Assembly: GCA_964016885.1 (NCBI GenBank)
Contig: OZ024740.1
Span: forward strand, 73,656,001-73,720,000
Direction of reading: 5' to 3'
Origin: Eledone cirrhosa
Taxonomy: Eukaryota
DNA: 64,000 nt
Translations under genes and position numbers: made by a program
Notes under the pieces: generated by a model
What the model saw: only the letters and a program-made list of their open reading frames with translations
Told to the model about the DNA's origin: nothing
Databases searched by the model: none
In this document: in pieces, positions 25,017-39,000 of the stretch
How positions within the stretch are numbered: the stretch's first letter is position 1
Layout: every line of letters starts with the position of its first letter

Positions 25017-26969
25017 TTGTTTTATAGGTTCATGTAATAAACACACTAAACATGCACTGAATTAAAGTCTCATATACTGTATACAGAGTCAAAATAACTG
25101 TTTCTACTTTAGGCACAAGGCCAGCAATCACCCAGTGCATTACTGGTACTTTATTTTATCGACCCCGTAAGGATGAAAGGCAAAGTCAACCTCGGTGGGA
25201 TTTGAACTCAGATCGTAAAGGGACGTAACTATGCTGGAAAGCATGGTGTCTGACCCTCTACCGATACTGCCAATCCACGAGTCAAAATAACTTTGATTAT
25301 TCATAACTGTTTCTTTTGAAAGTTTTCTCATGTTATTAGCTTATGCTGGTAATTTCAATCTAACTATGAAGTAAACAGTTATCCAACATTAATAACACAC
25401 ACACACACACACACCTTTGATTTGTTTATACATATATAAAGAAATCTTGTGTGGCTTAGAAGATGGTAGTGATTGGAATTTGAAAATTGAATTGAATTGG
25501 CAACTTGAACTTTTATTTTACTACAGAAAATAATTTAATAACGGGGTGTATAAGCCCTCATAATAGAAAATATAGGTACTAGCCTATGTGGGAATTGAAC
25601 CCACGCATCTTATATATTTATAAATATCAATATATACATAAACAAGCCCGTTATGGCTCCAACCAGTCTATTCACCATCAATAACTACCCTAAATATACA
25701 TAGACTTACACTACACATATATACACTATATATATACATATAGAAGAGATGGATCTTCAGGTCTTTACGAAGGTCCAACTATGGCACGCCGCCCAAGCTT
25801 TGCTCTTCCTCTCAACCACATTATCTTCCGTATCTTTGCTCCCAAATAAAGAAAGTCATCAACCAATTCTAGTGGCTTCCAGCCTACATTAGTAATCTTC
25901 TCTGGCTCCTTAATATTCTCTACCAGATATTTCGTCTTAATCTCATTCATTCTCAGCCCCACACTCATCGACACAGTCTCCACCTCCTGCATCAAATCCT
26001 CCGCCTCCTTCACTTCGTTGCTGTAGTGGAGTCTGTGCTGCTGTATGGGTCTGAGACTTGGACACTGACCGAGAAACTCACTCAGATGGTGGATGGGTGC
26101 TACACGAGAATGCTGAAGATGGCTCTGAACATTAATCAGTATACACTGAGGATGAAGAACTCAGAGCTGTACGGGCGCCTCCCAAAAGTCAGCTCGAGAG
26201 TAGCACAGAGGAGACTGAGGTTAGCTGGACATGCTCACCGACATCCAGAGTTGACATTGCACTCAGTGCTCCTGTGGGAGCTCCTGCATGGACACACTGG
26301 AAGAGGAAGACCGAAGTTAACATATGCAGGACATGGCAGCGATAATGAGGGACAGAAACCACTGGAGAGAACTCGTCCATGGATCTCGGGAATTTTACCC
26401 GCCCTAGATAGATATATAGAACAAATGCAAGCAATCATTGAATGTCCTATACATAAATAATTGTTTCTACTTTTGGCACAAGGCCAGCAATTATCCCAGT
26501 GCATTACTGGTACTTTATTTTATTGTCCTTGTAAGGATAAAAGGCAAAGTTAACCTCGGCAGTATTTGAACTCAGATCGTAAAGGGTCATAGTCCTATAC
26601 ATAAATAATGCACTCAGAAAACAAAGCCAATAATAAACAAAATATCTAGTAGACAAGACCATTGGATTCCAGCCTCGTAAAAATTAAATTCATAAAAATT
26701 GAGCCAATCATGAACTAAATGTCTATATTAGAGCTAAGACATTCTCCATAATCCATACCTCAGACATCATCCATATTTCCCAACTCCTAATCTGCTCTAA
26801 ATATGAGTGCAGCCATCAATTTATGCAATTTCTATATAAGAAAAGACATTAAATATTCATTATTACCTGCAGCGATTACAACGCTATAATGTCATAGGCC
26901 TTGCTCCACACTCTCCCTTATACCTTTCACCCCTTTCACCTTAAACCATCAAGCAATTCCCCCAAGATG

Positions 26970-27002
<33 letters not shown>

Positions 27003-29382
27003 ATAATAATAATAATAATAATAATAATCTGGACAAACCGCTTAGGGACATCTAGATCGTACTTAGATAGGTTTTTAATTAGGTTAGTGGATAAGGATAG
27101 TATAGGGTGTCCACAATTTCATATGGTCGCCTATTCAGACCACAATTTTGTGATCTGCATGGTTGACCACACACACACACATATATATATGTATACAGGT
27201 GGTGCTATTAAGTTAGACATGACCTGGGCCAATACTGGCTGAAACCTATCGAAGTTATATATATATATATATATAAAGAGAGAGAGATACACAGGCATGC
27301 ACAAACTCATGTCAAGGCATGTGGCCTAGTGGTTAGGGCGTTGGACTCATTATTGTAATTTCATGATTTCGATTTTCAGTGGCATGTTGTGTCCTTGACC
27401 AAGGTACTTTATTGTTCCAGTCCACTCAGCTGGCAAAAAAGAATCGTACCTGTAATTCAACAAGCCTACCATATAACACACTATATGATACTGAATCTCC
27501 CTGAGAAATATGTTAATTTTATGAGTGTCCTGTTCCATTGTTTAAACAATTGTGACACTCATCATCGAGACAAAGGTTTAACAACAACAACCAACACACA
27601 CACACACGCACGCACGCACGCACGAAAATGGGAGAGAAATTTAAGGTAAAGTTATTTACTAGTGCATGAAACTGCATTAGTAAGACATTCTTGAAAAGTA
27701 TCAAACAGGAATATGACTGACTACATTACATTAAAAATTTAAGTCTTTACTCTTGTAGTGCAAATTTTTACAATGTGCTGTCACATTATAAAGATACAAA
27801 TATTTGAATTAAGAGACCTGTTTTTAGATATTTTCTGCTAAATTATGGCAGGATGTTTAGAGTTAAGACAAACCAGGTGTGATTATAATGGGGTGGTGGG
27901 TGGAAAACTGAAGACATACCATTGAGTTTGGACCCTCATTTATGCTATTGGTAATGGAAGACCGTCTGGGTGCCATGCCGACATGGTTGTCATTGCTGTT
28001 TAATAAGTCCCCTGTGCTTTTTACCCGACTGGAAAGAGGTTGATTATCAAGGGAACTGGAAAAAGAAAAGAAAACATACACATGATGATTTTGATGGTGA
28101 TGATGCCAGTGGTGAGGATGTCATGATGACAGTGTTTGTTATGGTTTTTGTAGGGAAGTTGGTAGTTGAGGTGATGGTCATGGTGATGGTGGTGATAGTG
28201 GTTGTTGTGATGACTGTAGTGATGCTGGTGATTATGGATGTGGTAATAGCGGTTGTTGTGATGGTTGTAGTGATGTTAGTAGTTGTGATGATGGTGGTGA
28301 CTGGTTGTTGTGATGGCTGTAGTAATGTTGGTGTTTGTGGTGATGGTGGTTGTCATGATGACAATAGTTGTGGTGATGTTGGTGGTGATGATGATGATGG
28401 TGAGTGGTTGTTGTGATGGATGTAGTGATGATGGTTGTGGTGATAGTGTTGGCACTGTGATGGTGTTAGCATTGATGAGGGTTGTAATGATGTTGGTGGT
28501 TGTTGTTATGATTGTAGTGATGGTGGTGGTTGTTGGGATGTTGGTGGTTGTGGTGATGGTCGTGGTTGTTATGATTGTAGTGATGGTGGTGGTTGTGGTG
28601 ATGGAGATGGTGGTGGTGTTGAGTGGGGTGATGGAGGTGACACTGGTTGTAGTGATGGTGGTGGTTGTAGAGATGGTGGTGATTGTGGTAATGGAAGTGG
28701 TTGCAATGATGGTACTGGTTGTGATGGCAATGATAATGGTAGTATTTATGCTGATAGTGGTGGTGGTAGCTGGTGTGACGACAAGAGTGATACTGGTGGA
28801 GATGATGTTGGTTGTAGCAATGGTGGTAATGATGATGATTGAGGTGGTAATAGCTGTGGTCATGGTGGTGTTGATGATAGTGGTGGTGGTGGTAACTGTG
28901 ATGATAATGGTGGTGATTATGATGATAACAGTGGTCATGGTGGTTGTAGTGATAGTGGTGTTTGTGGTGATGATAGTTGTGGTTATGTTAGTAGTGTTGG
29001 TGATGGGGATTGTAGTGATGCTGGTGTTGGAAGTGTTTGAGAGAGTGATGATTTATGACAAGGAGAGTGGCAATTATAGTGATAGTAGTGAATATGAAAG
29101 GATGGATTTGCACCCATCTACTCTCTCTCTCACAAACTTTTCTCATTCTCAAACAAATAACACACACAAACATTTTTGCACTTACAAAATGCATACATAC
29201 ATTCTTACTCTCGTAAAGAGACAACTCACTACCTCACCATACACATTCACTACTCTCCATACACATTCACTATCTTTCTATACACATTCACTATCTCTAG
29301 GCCTACACACTGTTGCAGGCCTACTTGCCTGGTTTAACTCACACACATTATATCTGTTAAGCATTCACTATCTTATCTCTTT

Positions 29383-29413
<31 letters not shown>

Positions 29414-29946
29414 AACTCCTCTCACTTTTTCACTCATTCGAAACAAAAAACAGCACAGCTCCCATGACTTTCAGAAATATTTTTTCATGCTCAGAGTTGC
29501 TGAAGCATGGAACAAACTACCTGCATCAGTTGTTAGCTGTCAGGACACTGCATCCTTTAAAACCTCCATGCTTCCTGAAATTCACCAACACTACACCTGA
29601 TATTCCCCCTCCATATGCACGCACACATGTATATCATGACTCATACACTGTCACTATCTTAACATTTGTACATTATTCTACGCACTATGCATACACCTTT
29701 GATGAGTTGTAGTGCACCTGAGCACTGCACAGAATAATTTCATTATTATTATTATTATTAAAAAAACATAATAAAAAATAATGAAAAGCCATTAAAAGGG
29801 TGTGGGAAGGGAGAGAATAAAAAGAGGGGTGGTGGTAGTAAATACCTCAACTGTTGCTGTTGTAACTCAGAAGGTGAGATTGGTGATGTAAAAGACAAAG
29901 GAAACCAGCCATACCTGTAATGAGAGAAACAGATTATATATACACT

Positions 29947-30000
<54 letters not shown>

Positions 30001-33000
30001 AAGTGAGAAAAAAACTATTTATGGGAGTATAAACAAGATGGACAAAAAAAAAATATTCTATCTAAACTCACTTATAGAGTGCTCAACTAATTCCATCTCA
30101 ACTCACTTATATATAGATTTCCCTTCATTGAGATGTTTAAGTATTAGAGACTAATTAGCCTTTAATTATCATATAAATATATATATTTTAAAGGCAAATA
30201 CAATAAGAACTTTGTAACGCGAACTGGCGTGAAATTTACTATACTTATTCACGTGACAGTCATCAACCAACCAAATTATTTTTGTTTTAAACCTAGCAAT
30301 TCGAACCACTTTTTTCCACATAAAACAGAAGTTACATTCAAACACCAACCAGATGCGAGAAAAACCACAAATCCTCCATCTTAATTCTACTTTTGACAAG
30401 CATAAGAACTGTGAAACCGGTAAAGGAAACAAATAAATATTCTTAAAAAGACTCCAGTTGCATTTTCGATTTCTTTTCCTTATACTTTCACTCATGTAGG
30501 ACATCTCGTTTTTTTTTTTCATTTAAAAAAAACCCCTCATTTTCTCATATATATAATGTATATATAATGGGAGTATTGTCAAGAGGTATATTCCTGTTTT
30601 GACAACCTTGAAAAGGCATATGACCGCGTTCCTTGAGACCTGCTGTGGAAGGTTGTGCAGGTGTATGGAATCGATGGTCAACTTCTTACTGCCACGATGT
30701 CTCTATACGAATACCTGAGTATATGTATTTGGATAGTGGGAATGAAAATCAGTGTTGTGAAAACTGAGACACTCATCCTCTCAAAAAAAACCTGTGCAGT
30801 GCACTCTAAATGTGAATGGAGTTTCACTGAAGCAGGTAGAAACGTTCAAGTATCTCAGAGCTATGATCATGAGTGATGGAAGGCAGGAGGCTGAATTAAG
30901 TGCAAGAATTGCAGGAGCTGGTGCAGTATTGCGCCAGCTTCAGCATTCGGTAATCACAAGAATGGATGGAGGTAGGCATAAAAGCCACACTTGCTATCTT
31001 CAATTTGGTATTCATGCCAACCTTACCTATGGTCATGAATCTTGAGTAACGACCAAAAAAATATGATCCCGAATACAAACGGCCAAAATTGGAATCCTCC
31101 GAAGAGTCTTTGGAGTAACGTTACTCAATAGAGTGCATAGCTAGTAGATTAGAGAGTCACTCCAGGTAGAGCCACTACTCCGAATTTAGAAATCTCAGCT
31201 CCAATACTATGGGCATGTGGTTAGAAAGTCGCAGGAAAGAATCGCTGGACAGATTTTATGGGCAAAACCAACTGGCAGGAGACCCAGGGGTAGATCCAGA
31301 GCAAGATGGTTGGATAACATCCTTGAGCTTGGCTGGTCCCACTTGGGGATCCAGCTGGATCCCCTGAAGATGGTTGGACACGCTGGAAGGGATGTTTGAG
31401 GACTCAGCCCCCACAACCCTCTCAGGAATAGGTGGGCGAAAAATAATGATAATAATAATAATTGTTTCTACTATTGGCACAAGGCCAGCAATTATCCCAG
31501 TACATTACTGGTACTTTATTTTATCGACTCCGTAAGGATGAAAGGCAAAGTTAAATTCGGTAGGAAATGATAATAATAATAATAATAATAAGTTTATAAA
31601 ATATATTTATGTATATAATATATATATATATGTATATATATATATACATATATATATATAAATAGAATCTCACAATCTGAATATAGCATGTGGGAAAAAC
31701 TTCAATCAACAGAAATTATCCTTGCAATTTCAAGACTGAAACTCCCTTTAAGTGTGTTCAAGTAATGAGAAGCAAGCAAAAGAGTGACTTGTTGTAGTTC
31801 GAGCTGGTCCAAAAATATTTATAATTTTAAATATAAGAAAAATTCAAAAAGTCAAAACTGATAACCCCTGGAAAATATCAAATATAAAAAACTTAAAGCA
31901 AAAAAAAAAGGATAAAAAAATATTCTCTATAAATAAAAAAAATTACAAAAACAATATGATAAATACAAGAAGAGTTCAATAAATTTATTTGCAATGAGCA
32001 GTGCAGAATCTAATGTTTGTCCTTTGTTTGAAATGTTTCTAGCTTTGTCTTTAATCCCAGATCAAGGACACAGCTACAAATATTAGATCTTACATTCTTT
32101 ACAGCAAATATTGATGCAGACCATTTCTAGTTTTATCAGATTCCAAAGTTTATCCTACAGGAACAAGTTTCAACATGGCAGAATCAATAGAGCATCAGTG
32201 AAATGCTTTGTGCTATTAAATTATGGCCATTTATGTTCAGAGTCCAAATCTTGGCATAGTCAACTTTTTCCTTTTATCCTGCCAAGATTGAAAAGTTCAA
32301 GTACTCACTCTCTCTTCTATTTGTCTCTTTGGTTATGTTTGTCTTGAATTAAGAGAAACACTGTAGATTAGTGAAGACTTTATAGACATGATAAAATGCA
32401 CCAAGTACACTCTGTAAACTGGCTGGTGTTAAGAAGGGCAATCAGTCAAGAAAACCATACCAAAAATGAAACATATGAGCAAGACGTGTTCTTTTGATCT
32501 GTCTTGGAGAGCAGCAACTCTGAATAAGAACCGACTTAGACCATAACAAGCTGCCCAAATCATGCCAGCATAAAAAACAGACATAAGATGATGAGTCAAG
32601 TACTAGTGTGAATTTGTATGATGCATCCTAGAAGGTGACAGGGTCATTAGAATGTTACAGAGAATGCTTCACCATGAGCATTCTGGCTCACTGAATTCTG
32701 ATTTCAAATCTGCTAAGTCCAACTTTGCTTGTCATCTTTATAAGGTGTATAAATGAAGTACCAGTTTAATATTGGGTTTATTTTTCCTCTATACTCTCTT
32801 TTTCCCTTCTTTCTCTCACTTTCTTTCTATTTCTCTGGAAGAAATTGGCTATGTTCCTGCCTGGAGAGGGATGGGCACTGCTGGGTTTAAAATGCCAAAG
32901 ATACATTGTATGTACTGACAGTGCACCTATGACTATCAAGTGTTAAGAGATGATGGCATAGCAGATGTAACCTAGATAGAATTATAATAGAAGAACTTAC

Positions 33001-36000
33001 TTGTGGTCACTGATGTTGAAACCATAATGCCAACCTTCAGACTTCTCACCAATCAACTTTATCATATCACCCTCCTTAAAGCTGAGCTGAGTGTCACTGG
33101 TAGCATCATGACTGTGCATGGCTTGTACATATATATTCACCTCCTCAGTAAGCTTGCTTGAGTTTCTTGAGTATAGTTGAGTACCTGGTCCAAGAAGAGA
33201 GAGAGAGAGTAAGAGAGAGATTGTGTGTGTATAAGTGAGGGAGTAGATGGGAGAAAGTAAGAATGAGTGTGAGAGCATGTGAATTGGAATGGCCAAGATG
33301 GTAATAGAGTGAAGGAGTTTGTGAGTGAGTGAGTGAGTGAGTGAGTGAGTGAGTGAGTGAGTGAGTGTGACAGAGGGACTTTGTGAGGGAAGGAGAGCAA
33401 TGCAAATGAGATAATTTGTGAATGAAAACATGTGAAGGGAAATTCTTCTCTTCCCTCTCCTTTTCCTTCTTTCTTCTTGCATATGACATAGCTGTAATTA
33501 TATGATGTCAGCCAGACATAACCAGCTTCCTATTGTCTGATTAGGGTATATGAAGTTCATATTCTCAGGTGGATGGAGATTTGGGGACTCACTCAGTATA
33601 TGTTCAGCAGTCTGCTCTGGCAAGCCACACTGGTAAGCTGCTAATAGACACAACTCCCCCCAGTGGTGCATGGCTGCATTGAATTGACTAACAACTGTGT
33701 GTAGCTGATTTAGGAACACCCAGTCCCTCCAAAATAGGTTAGCACCTGAGTGGAAGGCCATATTGGGGTTGACATTCAGTTGGACAGGTCAAGATGTTCA
33801 TTGCCAGATAGCTGGCAAGTTGAAATCTGAATCTCACAGCTTTGCTGTGTAACAAGAGAATGGATGGCATGGCATCAATAAGTGCTTGTCCAGTAACTGA
33901 GAATACTTAGCCATGAAGTGGAGTGGATGATTGTGTGTGTGTGTGTGAAAGAAATAAAATAAGTAATTATGTATGAATGCTTATCTTGAATGCTATACTT
34001 GAAAATATTATTTTTAATAGTAAAGGAGGTTCCAAGGTGGTGTGCATTAATTTGGACATTTGATGTGTATGGACGAAGATTGTTAGAGGAAGAAGTGCCA
34101 GGAAATGTCAGTAGAAAGAAGCTGTGGTAGAGATAAACCAAGAAAGACCTAGGCAGAGGTTGTGAGAGCTGACCTCAAATCACAGGCTCTCAGAAGAGAT
34201 GACAAAGGATCACGACATGTGGAGAGATGTCATGCTGAGAAGGACCTGTCCAACCCATGCAAACGTGGAAAAGCAGATGTAAAAACTATGATAATGATGA
34301 TCATGATGCATGAGCCAATACATTTTTAAATGATTAATTCTGATTAAAAATAAAAGACCAAGTTAGACAACCTCAAAATTTTAATTAATTAGAATTAATT
34401 ATACATAGAATGTAGTGCGCACTAGAGAGAAAATTTGATCTTTAGAAATATGGTGACAACTCCAGGCATGTTTCAGTCATATTAGACCTCTACTTACTGC
34501 TAATAGTGACAACTAAACATTTAGATCTGTTTTAGATCTGTTTAATAAGGGTTAAACTAGGGCTAATCAACAACAATGTTGATGATAACATCAAAACCAA
34601 CAACAACAGGAGCAGGAAAATCGTCTGAAGATACTGGAAGTAATTTTCAAACTTACCTGGACGTTTTGTAAAGACTGGCTCATTGGTTTCAAGGGGAAAA
34701 GTTCTTGTATTGTTGTCATAAGGTGACCCTATCTTCATCATGTCACTGTTTTGTGTGTCTGTATAGTTATGTAAATCAGCTCCCTAAAATGGACAGAAAA
34801 ATAATTAAGTAAATCAGTATGCCAGAAAAAGAAATGGGTGGGTGGAGTCAAGTTCAACAAAACTAAATAACTTATAAATTTATCATAATCCTTCAGGCCA
34901 TAACAAAGTAGTTTAAGACAGGCTGTCCAAGGGAACATCTGTACACTGATAATCTGCTGATATCTGAATTAGAGAATAAATTCTAGCTGTGAAAACAGAA
35001 CTTAGAACCAAAAGGGGTGAGGGTAAACTTAACAAAAACCAAAGTGTTAATAAGTAAGAGAAAGAAGATAGGGCTTTGATCCCACCAGTGAAATGGCTTT
35101 GCTCGATATGTAGAAAAGGAGTAGGCATACATTCTATATGATGTACACAATGCAAATTTTGGGTAGACAAGAGGTGTATTGGGATAGCAGACAGACTAAC
35201 AGAAAAGGAAGACTTTGTATATAGATGTTCAGGGGCAATTCATAGGAATGCCAATGATATAAACTTTTTTCAATCTCTAGTAGGATCCATAGAAGTGGTT
35301 GATAGCTTCTGCTATGTAGGTGATATAATTAGCAATGGAGGGGAGTGCTCCAAAAGTATAGTAACTAGAATAAGGACAGGATGGAAGAAATTTAGGGAAC
35401 TACTACCTCTGTTGACAACAAAAGGCCTCACCCAATGAACAAAAGGTTGGCTGTATGATATCTGTGTATGAAGTGAGATGCTGCATGGAAGTGAGACATG
35501 GGTACTGAATGCAGAGTATAAGTGACTTCTGGGGAGAAATAAAGCAAGCATGGTTTGATAGATGTGCAATATTAATGTATGTTTACAACAAAGCATGGAT
35601 GAACTGAGAAAGAAAATAGGTATAAAAGGAATCAGATGTGGTGTGCAGGAGAGAAAACTATGCTGGTATAAGCATGTGATGTGCTTGGATGATGATCGCT
35701 GGGTGAAGAAGTATCAAGAAATTCCAATGGAAGGAAGTCACATTAGAGGTAGACAAAGGAAGAGGTGGTCAGAGGTAACAAAAGCTGATGTGCTGAAAAA
35801 CCCATCCAACCCAAGCAAGTATGGAGACATAAAATAATGATGATGATGATGATGATGATGATGATGTTGATATATACATACAGAGGTTTCTTACAAAAAT
35901 ATGAAAACCAAAGTTCTTTTCTTTTCGGAAAAAAAAAAAAAATGTGGCGATATTCATGTCTTAACCGAAGAACATTAAAGAGTAACATGAGTTCTGTGAA

Positions 36001-39000
36001 ACGGTTCTGAGTGGGAATTGAAACTGAAACTAAAATAGCACTCTGAAATTTACCTACCTAGGATTTTATAATTAATTAATGGCTTCATACATTTTTTAAT
36101 TGTTTTTTTGTTACCGTGCATAGCTGTATGGTTAAGGAGTTCACTTCACAACCACATGGTCCTGGGTTCAGTCCTGCTGCATGGCACCATGGGCAAGTGT
36201 CTTCTACTGTAGTCTTGAACTAACCAAAGCCTTGTTAGTGGAATTTGATAGACAGAAAATGCAGAAGTCGTGTATATCATCATCATCATCAACGTTTAAC
36301 GTCCGTGTTCCACGCTTGCATGGGTTTGGACGGGGGTAGTCCCACTTGAGGCAAGAGTGATTGTCTTGCTCGCATAGGACTGTCTGGCAGGTTTTCTACA
36401 GTTGGATGCCCTTCCTAACACCAACCACATTTACAGTGTGGGTCTGGGAGGTTTTTACCGTGTTGCCTACACGGCCACATTACAGCGTGGACTGTGTGTT
36501 TTTTTGTTGTGACACCTACACGATCTCATTTGTTTCGGCGTATGGCGCGGCACCAACATAACTTTACATAGAACGGGGTGGTGTGGATGGGGTGGGGGTG
36601 GTGGTGGTGGGACGGGGTGTATTTTGTTAGAGATGCCTACTGGTTGGAGTAGGTTTTACTATATATTTAGGTAAGGCGGGTCTTCTCTGTTACTGAGTAC
36701 CGCCAAAGGTCTCGGTCCAGTGACATTGTCTTGGAGAGGTGTAAGTGTGTGATGTCGGAGTTTATCAGCTCGTCCCAGGTTTTTCTAGGTCTGCCTATTC
36801 CGTGACTACCGTCTATCTTTATTGCCCTGCACTTTGTTATACAGCTATCGACTTTCATGCGCATCACGTGTCCATACCAACGTAGCCTTCTCTCGAGTAA
36901 ACAACATCTGATCCCTCTTATTTCTAATTTTTTCCTTAGTTCGTTTATGCTTTGCCGTTCACGTATATTACTGTTACACATCCAGCGGAGCATGCAAGCT
37001 TCGTTCCTCTCTAGTCTGCGTATATCCTCTGCACACAATGCCCAGGTCTCACTGCCATGCAGCATTGCTGTTCGTATGCAGGCATCGTACAACCTGCCTT
37101 TCATTTTTAGGGAGAACCCTTTAGCAGCTAATAGTGGTATAAGCTCTCTGAACATTTTCCAACCAGTTCTGACTCTAGCTACAGTACTTTCAGAGCACCC
37201 TCCCCCACTGCTGATTTTATCGCCCAGGTAACGGAAGCTGTCCACTATTTCTATAGAACCCTCTGCGCAATTGAAAGAGCTAGTATTTTGTGGGCACTTG
37301 CTGCTACTTATTGCACCAGAACACCGGCCACATGTAAAATCTATGTTCTTAGTTAGCTTACCTGTGATCCCACTACATCTTTTATGCACCCATACTTTGC
37401 ATTTAGGACATAAAATGGAGTTTCTACCTACGCCTTTCCTACACACCGAGCACGACCATTTCCCAGAAGGGACCGCCGCCTTGTTTTCTTTCCTACAAAC
37501 TAGAACTTTGGTCTTAGCCAGGTTAATTTTAAGTCCTTTTGACTCTAGGCCGTGCTTCCATGTTTGGAATTTCTTCTCTAGCTCGGCCATTGATTCCGCT
37601 ATGAGTGTCAGGTCGTCTGCGTATAGGAGTTCCCATGGGCAGCCTGTCTTGAACTCCTCTGTTATAGCCTGAAGGGCAATAATAAATAGTAGGGGGCTGA
37701 GAACAGAGCCCTGATAGACGCCAACTTTTACGCTAAACTCTTCACTATATTCGTTGTTAATTCTAACCTTGCTGACTGTTTCTTTATATATGGCTTGTAT
37801 AGCCCTCACAAGCCATTCGTCAACGCCTAGTTTTCTAAGAGCCCACCAGATAATGGAGCGGGGGACTCTGTCGAAGGCTTTCTCCAAGTCGACAAAAGCT
37901 AAGTAGAGGGGTTTACCTTTAGCTAGGTACTTCTCCTGTAGTTGTCGTACTATGAAAAGAGCGTCTGTGGTACTTTTGCCTGACACAAACCCGAACTGCA
38001 TTTCGTCTAGGTCAATTCTCTCTCTGATTAGTTGCGCTATTTTTTTTCCGTGACCTTCATGACCTGGTCGATTAATTTAATGCCTCTATAGTTACTCCTA
38101 TCTAGGGCGTCTCCTTTACCCTTATAACAGTTAACGATGATGCTGCTATGCCAGTCCTTCGGAACAACCCCATTCTGTACGACTTGGTTAACTATGCGGG
38201 TGACCATGGTGTGTCCCACCGTGCCAGATGCCTTCAGCATCTCAGCAACTATTTCCGAAGGCCCAGCCGCCTTACCCGTCTTCATATCCTTGATTGCCTT
38301 ACTTATTATACTACCTTCGACTAACACTGCTGGTCCCTCTATTGGGTCGATGTGGGGGAGACTGTCTTTCTCCCATTTATTCTCCTCATTTAGTAGCCTT
38401 TCGTAGTGACACTTCCAAGCTACCTTCTTATCAGCGTCGGTGATGGCAAGTGTGCCATCGTCGTTTAGTACACACTTCTCCCCGACAATATCACGGTTTT
38501 CCTTGACGCATTGCCTAGAAATCCTGAACACCTCACGTTTTTGTATATATATATATATTTGTCTAACCCATGCTAGCATGGAAGATGGATGTTAAACGAT
38601 GATGATGATATATATATACTGTGTGTGTGTGTGTGTGTGTGTGTTTGTTGTGGGGAAAAAACCCTGAACACCCCTGCATAACTAAAAGTGGACTAGGCGA
38701 AAAGTCTATGAATAATAACTGAAGTGAACTGTCAGAGGAACTGTGTGTATGTAGTCTTGTTGTAGTCACTCATTTGTAATTCAAAATTATGCCTGGTGAA
38801 TACCTTGGGTGGAACCCTCATTTCATACAGCTATACAAAACAGGTGTGTCACACCATTATAACTATATAAATACATGTATATAAAATATGTGATTATCTT
38901 TGATAAGGTGAGAGAAGCTCTATGCACATTATAATTCTCAATTCATCAGGAGTTTAAAATGGACAATAAAGTTATCAACAGTTAAATATCTTGTTCTGAA

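Noticed and set aside
27970-29467. Val/Met- and Thr-rich ORFs resembling mucin or membrane proteins
   Set aside because: Trinucleotide low-complexity intron sequence without splice-compatible support.
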